Source: Patescibacteria group bacterium
GTDB lineage: Bacteria > Patescibacteriota > UBA1384 > CAJBMM01
Assembly (NCBI GenBank): GCA_041660565.1
Contig: JBAZWC010000001.1
Coordinates: forward strand, 302,481 to 366,480
DNA: 64,000 nucleotides
Direction: 5' to 3'
In this document: positions 60,101 to 64,000 of the stretch, one piece after another
Layout of the letters: every line of letters starts with the position of its first letter
Numbering within the stretch: position 1 is the first letter of the stretch
Notes under the pieces: generated by a model
Database searches by the model: none
What the model was told of the DNA's origin: nothing
The model's input: only the letters and a program-made list of their open reading frames with translations
Made by a program: the position numbers and the translations under genes

Positions 60101-63100
60101 TCGGACATCATCAAGCTGACCGTTTAGGTAATTTTGATAATTTGCTGGAACACCTCTCACCCCAAGGGAAAGGTAATTAACCGTATCGACACCAAATGTT
60201 GTGGTCTGAGTTAGCGATCCTTGGTTTAAGGAGCCATCAATATAGATACTAATCGTATTATTGCCAATTACACTTGTATCGGTAGTAATTACGGCTGATA
60301 CCTGGTGCCAGTTACCATCATTCAAGCTCGAACTACTTGAAGATCGCGACATACTATTTCCACTCCCTGTTCCATCTTTTGTACTCACAATTATGATCCC
60401 GGCGTTGATTTTTACCCCCCACCCACCAGTGGAGGCCAAATAGTCTCCTTTAGCCACCAGTGTTTGTAGGGAGGCACTTGCAGTTTTAAACCACGTAGAA
60501 ACGGTAAAAGTCGTGTTTGCAAAGCGATAGGGTGTTTCGTTTGTTACGGCGATATAATCATCCGATCCATCAAACTTCAGACCATACGAATTATAGGAAA
60601 GCGCACTGGATTTTTCGTTGAGGTTGCCATAGTAAAGGTAGTAATCAGCATCAGTACTAGAGGCAGCAATAGGAGCGATGGTCTTGAACTGGGTTTGGTT
60701 GATAGAGTCTACCTTGCCACCGTTGGTGACCCAGGTTCCGGCGTGACCGGTCATATCGCCGTTGTTAGTACCAGTTTGATCTATTACGGTGTTGCCGGTA
60801 CCATCGTCCATATGCCAGAGTCCGGCGGTGTACTGATCTTTGGCAAAAGGCGTAGTTTGCGGGGTAAAGTTACTTCTATACCGTACTCTACTACTGACTC
60901 TCACTTCGTCAATCTGACCGTTCCAAAACCTACTGCCAGAACTCACTTTTTGACGACCGATTATCAAAGCTCCGGTTGAAGCAGCACCTGCCGTAAACAA
61001 ACTGGAACTACCTTGATAAACACCATCAATATATAATTGTAATTTTCCATTCGTGTACGTGCATCCTAAATGCGCCCACGTTCCAATTGATACGGTACTA
61101 CCGTAGGCACTAACACTAGCATCTGAACTATTTCTCATCGCGCAGTAGTACTTTGCTGTGCCGCTTACATCAGCTATACCAAATTGATACGGTGGGTTTG
61201 ACGGTCCTCCACCCTCATCTTTACTGACGGCGGTCTGTAAAGCACCTGATCCGGGTGTCGGAACGGTGTTAGTTTTTAACCAAGCTTCGTATGTTCGATC
61301 TCCAGTTGTGTTAAGGGATGCGTTGTTGGGAATAGTAACGTAGCTACTGGTGCCATTAAAACTAACCGTGTGGCCGTGGGGGAGGAAGCGGGGAACTTCC
61401 TGGGTGGTGGAGATGGCACCGTCGGTGGACCAGGTGGGGGAGTTGGTAAATACACCGTTGTTTTGGTTACCAGACGAATCGGCGGCGATTGTACCGGAGC
61501 CTTCATCGAGGTGCCAGAGGCCAACAGTGTTTGCATCAGAAACAAAAGGAGTTGTGCGAGGTATGAATGTTCCATTGTATCGAGCAATGTTTGAGATTCG
61601 AAATTCATCCTCAATACCACCGAAGCCATAGCTAGTGCCTAGGTTCATCAAGAGTAGGTCTGTTGCTGAGGGCAGATATGCAGAGTAGGTAGCTGAACCA
61701 TCAAGTTGTCCATTTAAGTACATTTTAAGGGTATTGGCCGAACCATTTCCAGAAATTGCTAAGTGATACCAAATGTTAGGGTCGATTATGTGAGATCCCG
61801 ATATATTACGATAACTAGTACCGGTTCCAATGTGACAGAACATTTTCTGTGAATAAAAATTACAGCCAAACCCATCATGAGAGGATACCGGATTTCCTTT
61901 GGAAAATAGGTATGTACCGAAATCGGAATCAGTTTTTTTGAACCACAATTCAAAGGTATAGTTGGCTGAAAGAGAGGCATCAACATTAGCTGGAATTGTA
62001 ATTGATTCGTTTGAGTTACTAGTTGTAGAAACGCCACTGGTGGTAAGTGCGGGTTGGTAGACGATGCGGGTGTCGTTGCCATCTGAACGCATTTGGTTGT
62101 TATCCATCAAAGTACCACGGTTGGTGGTTGACTCCACGCCGTAGCCCGGGGCGAGGATGGAAGCGACGTTATTGGTAAGATTGAGTTTTTGGCGGAATTG
62201 GTAGCCTGGGAGGGCCCAATTGGAAGATGTGTTCATAGACTGGATTCCCGCCTGCGCGGGAATGACACCATCGGTCCAGAGGGGTCCGTTGGTGGTGCCA
62301 TCGGCAGCTGGGGAGTTGGTACTTCCATTCATGAGGGTGCCGGTGTTGCCGTTACCGGAGGAGTCTACAGGGGTAGTGCCGGTAGCATCGTCAAGGTGCC
62401 AGAGTCCTACCGTTGACGCATCGGTGGCAAAGCGGCGGGAGGGGGTGAAGTTGGAGGTATAGCGGGCAGTGTTAGAGATACGGACTTCGTCAATTTGACC
62501 GGTCCAAAAATAATTATCTCCGTTGGGATTACTTGCCAGTTTAGTATTATCAATGCTTATTGCCGATCCTGAACCAGCAGTAAACGCATCTAATGCGCCA
62601 TTTATGTATAGGCTTAAACCAGCGCTATTATACACACCTGCAACATGGTACCATTGATTGACGCTAATAGTGGTGGCGCCTTGTGCAATGGTACCACCTT
62701 GGACAAATCGAAATTTTGTGCCATTTCTATCAAGGTACATTTTCTCTGATCCTGCCAGACTTGAATCAATAATTTTAATATACGCTCCACCTACTGTGCT
62801 AGTACGAACCCAAGCCTCAAAGGTTATCGTACTACTATTCAAAGATAGGCTTTGTGTCGTATAGTCATTACTCCCATCAAACTGCAGGCCACTGGACGGG
62901 ACGGTTTTAACCTCGTAAGACTTTTTGGAGGTGGTGGAGGATTGGGCACCAAGGGTTAAGTTGCCTGCTCCGGTTTTGCCACCTGGGGTATTGAAGCTTG
63001 GGGTATCGGGGTTATCCCCCACAAACCCATCCATAATGGCGTTAGAGCCGGAGACAAAGATAGGACCGTTGGCTGAGCCATCGGCAGCGGGAGAGTTGGA

Positions 63101-64000
63101 AGCGCCGTTCATCAACGTTCCAGTATTAGCGTATTGGGATGAGTCTTTGACATAGCAAGGGTTGGCGGCTTCACAGGAGCCTTCATCAAAGTGCCAGAGA
63201 CCAACGGTATTGGCATCTTCCGATAACCGACGAGAAGGAGTGAAGTTTGTGGTGTATCGTGCGGTATTGCTAATTCTAGCTTCATCATAATATGCACTAG
63301 TTGAAGAACTACCGGAGCTATTTGCCGCAAACGTCATTGCTCCTGTGCCAGTATTAGTTGGGCAATTTACAATAGACCTGGTTGAACCAGCTTGACTGCC
63401 GTTTTTATACAACTTTAAGGTCTTATCATTCTGATTGATAACATAAGCTAAATGCTGCCAAGCATTGGCTGTAGCGGAGGCTTGGGCGTTATCAGCGCAA
63501 GCTGTACTCCCAGAATAAAAAGTAATGCTAAACATGCCCGCTGCGTACAAGACATACAGTTTATTGTTTGATCCATTATTCTTAATAAAAACATAACCGG
63601 TTGTATTAATTGGTTTGATCCACATTTCCACCGTATAACTACCACTTCCCGGTCTAAGTGATTCAGAGTCAGGTATCGTAACATAATCATCACTCCCATC
63701 AAACTTAAGGGCGCTGGACTTTCGGGTGATGCCGTTCTGCCAGTTTGGATCAATACCTAACTGTTGTTGAGTGTCGGGACTGGAGTCCTGGGATGTATCA
63801 TAAAGGGTAGTGTCGTTGACGGTGTTGGAAGCTAGGTGGGTATTGCCATCGGCATCGGTAGAGGAGGAGGTGTAGGCACCCGATACCGGGGAACTAAGGT
63901 TGGGAATGGTGCCAATTATGATAGCAAAGACGAGGAGAACGGCAGTGGCGGCCGTCAAACCCCGCGGCAAGGGATTTCTATTAGAAACTAAGGATTTTCT
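57116..64000 (-). CDS. Giant surface protein with about 7 LamG/concanavalin-like domains (5' end outside window)
   Basis: Repeated FDGSDDY..W.H...IDEVRIS..GLWHLDE modules; frame open to 64000; N-terminal TM. Confidence 0.9.
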   Translation of the reverse strand, partial: RKSLVSNRNPLPRGLTAATAVLLVFAIIIGTIPNLSSPVSGAYTSSSTDADGNTHLASNTVNDTTLYDTSQDSSPDTQQQLGIDPNWQNGITRKSSALKFDGSDDYVTIPDSESLRPGSGSYTVEMWIKPINTTGYVFIKNNGSNNKLYVLYAAGMFSITFYSGSTACADNAQASATANAWQHLAYVINQNDKTLKLYKNGSQAGSTRSIVNCPTNTGTGAMTFAANSSGSSSTSAYYDEARISNTARYTTNFTPSRRLSEDANTVGLWHFDEGSCEAANPCYVKDSSQYANTGTLMNGASNSPAADGSANGPIFVSGSNAIMDGFVGDNPDTPSFNTPGGKTGAGNLTLGAQSSTTSKKSYEVKTVPSSGLQFDGSNDYTTQSLSLNSSTITFEAWVRTSTVGGAYIKIIDSSLAGSEKMYLDRNGTKFRFVQGGTIAQGATTISVNQWYHVAGVYNSAGLSLYINGALDAFTAGSGSAISIDNTKLASNPNGDNYFWTGQIDEVRISNTARYTSNFTPSRRFATDASTVGLWHLDDATGTTPVDSSGNGNTGTLMNGSTNSPAADGTTNGPLWTDGVIPAQAGIQSMNTSSNWALPGYQFRQKLNLTNNVASILAPGYGVESTTNRGTLMDNNQMRSDGNDTRIVYQPALTTSGVSTTSNSNESITIPANVDASLSANYTFELWFKKTDSDFGTYLFSKGNPVSSHDGFGCNFYSQKMFCHIGTGTSYRNISGSHIIDPNIWYHLAISGNGSANTLKMYLNGQLDGSATYSAYLPSATDLLLMNLGTSYGFGGIEDEFRISNIARYNGTFIPRTTPFVSDANTVGLWHLDEGSGTIAADSSGNQNNGVFTNSPTWSTDGAISTTQEVPRFLPHGHTVSFNGTSSYVTIPNNASLNTTGDRTYEAWLKTNTVPTPGSGALQTAVSKDEGGGPSNPPYQFGIADVSGTAKYYCAMRNSSDASVSAYGSTVSIGTWAHLGCTYTNGKLQLYIDGVYQGSSSLFTAGAASTGALIIGRQKVSSGSRFWNGQIDEVRVSSRVRYRSNFTPQTTPFAKDQYTAGLWHMDDGTGNTVIDQTGTNNGDMTGHAGTWVTNGGKVDSINQTQFKTIAPIAASSTDADYYLYYGNLNEKSSALSYNSYGLKFDGSDDYIAVTNETPYRFANTTFTVSTWFKTASASLQTLVAKGDYLASTGGWGVKINAGIIIVSTKDGTGSGNSMSRSSSSSSLNDGNWHQVSAVITTDTSVIGNNTISIYIDGSLNQGSLTQTTTFGVDTVNYLSLGVRGVPANYQNYLNGQLDDVRIYSRSISATEASALYTNTPYVSNSGLVGWWKLDDTTAAGTTAVDSSGSGNNGTLTNFGFNSTSNWVTNNSLLHATTEPTVAAYSAIVEQETPVFYQYRGSTGGPTPTLDAWSTRQQISSSLQQLGATGIYVRWNPQGNYSTYDTYRINALAIESFGTTRGKLRSYPSKTNLVANNGGLDIIDASTNKLWARFAKASNNLIGSNNTLKVKALNGRIYVASADGLTDIRLDDDTALRFTSSGNSIYQSTLANRGAASAYPAAGGTALNSTTVNDISPTVIGTAPPKQYVALATASDLNVLNNLTGIGLNNNAPTDSPMYKYAPTASDTYTKVFMTNAGTVYGANTTHAGLDVYTAVNADTADQVGTADVTYSTASTPALRSNTINSISVTTGTSLADNTSNTVALGTNLGVETIQEHSTQASGFVEHYVNTGSTGTSNYNSKSFGNALMFDGTDDYVPVAGNAGLRPTVFTIEMWFNTTSGSSIYPLNYGAYGFRMNRWSSNGTVTLFFVNQYGVTEECPTNSSQADGVWHHVAGTIDQSNLKYRIFVDGTLRANCNMNANIKYTSSETLYIGSGSPSAGRFNGPIDEVRISNSIRYSGTVLNTKYFTPTVVPFTTDANTIGLWHLDERYGGANGINGQTVYDSSGNANNGTLGADATVTTTDPMRVSPAIGGTSASATSVGLMKTGDLGEDLTFDGSDYVITGSIPGQSAITESFWIKTTTNSGGALRWAANRICKIAGVTAHKMNCAVDGTDAGSATTTNSVDDGAWHHIVLVSGASSQTIYMDGMVSGTATETLNTANGTLEIGRSSAFINGSIDDVRIYSRAITGAEVAALYNGGLGRTDNPSANILGWWKLNEGSGQVAADSSGLGYNGTLGANSSVASDDPTWSTGSPVKNQSALWVGTASGVTSISLATQKQIVFYTTANSSLPSNSVSSLGLGLGGLAIVGTDAGAWPAGLAGFPVDDTASTKAANYSGVRVNSGSVRVNGGGTVRVK
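62240..62266. repeat. 27-bp GTCATT REP half in-frame in the LamG gene
   Basis: Encodes VIPAQAGIQ. Confidence 0.85.

Noticed and set aside
56437-64000. Diversity-generating retroelement (Avd-like protein next to a large lectin gene)
   Set aside because: No reverse transcriptase and no TR/VR pair differing at adenines was seen in the window
1-64000. Alternative genetic code 25 (UGA=Gly)
   Set aside because: Conserved genes (obgE, lepA, iscS) end at TGA at the expected positions and long ORFs are intact under code 11

Overview
Chromosomal segment of a Patescibacteria/CPR-type bacterium (standard code 11; the short IF-2, truncated TsaB, DUF4012, LysM-CHAP protein and giant LamG surface protein point to CPR; taxonomy is inferred). 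Housekeeping genes: obgE, infB, gyrA, gyrB, queA, lepA, murJ, ftsH, rplY, thrS, glyA, tsaB/E and three tRNAs. Also present are a complete Rrf2-SUF cluster with iscS and a ferredoxin, an EPS block and two Fic/Doc toxin-antitoxin pairs. Three unusual layers sit on top. (1) A ~100-bp palindromic element with four TTAGGG-like G-tracts per arm occurs 8 times between 42.7 and 57.1 kb. It flanks both ends of a four-helix-bundle gene, and a ninth degenerate copy lies in-frame inside that gene. Several other short repeat families exist, some inserted in-frame in obgE, glyA and other genes. (2) GC-rich orphan genes are packaged as promoter-SD-ORF-terminator cassettes. One tandem pair has 100% identical promoters and terminators around ORFs that have diverged almost beyond recognition. 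(3) Two putative nuclease genes (NYN and DUF3800-like) are each faced by a convergent, promoter-driven, structured small RNA at the 3' end. No CRISPR array, integrase, transposase or reverse transcriptase was seen. All calls are by eye, without database searches.
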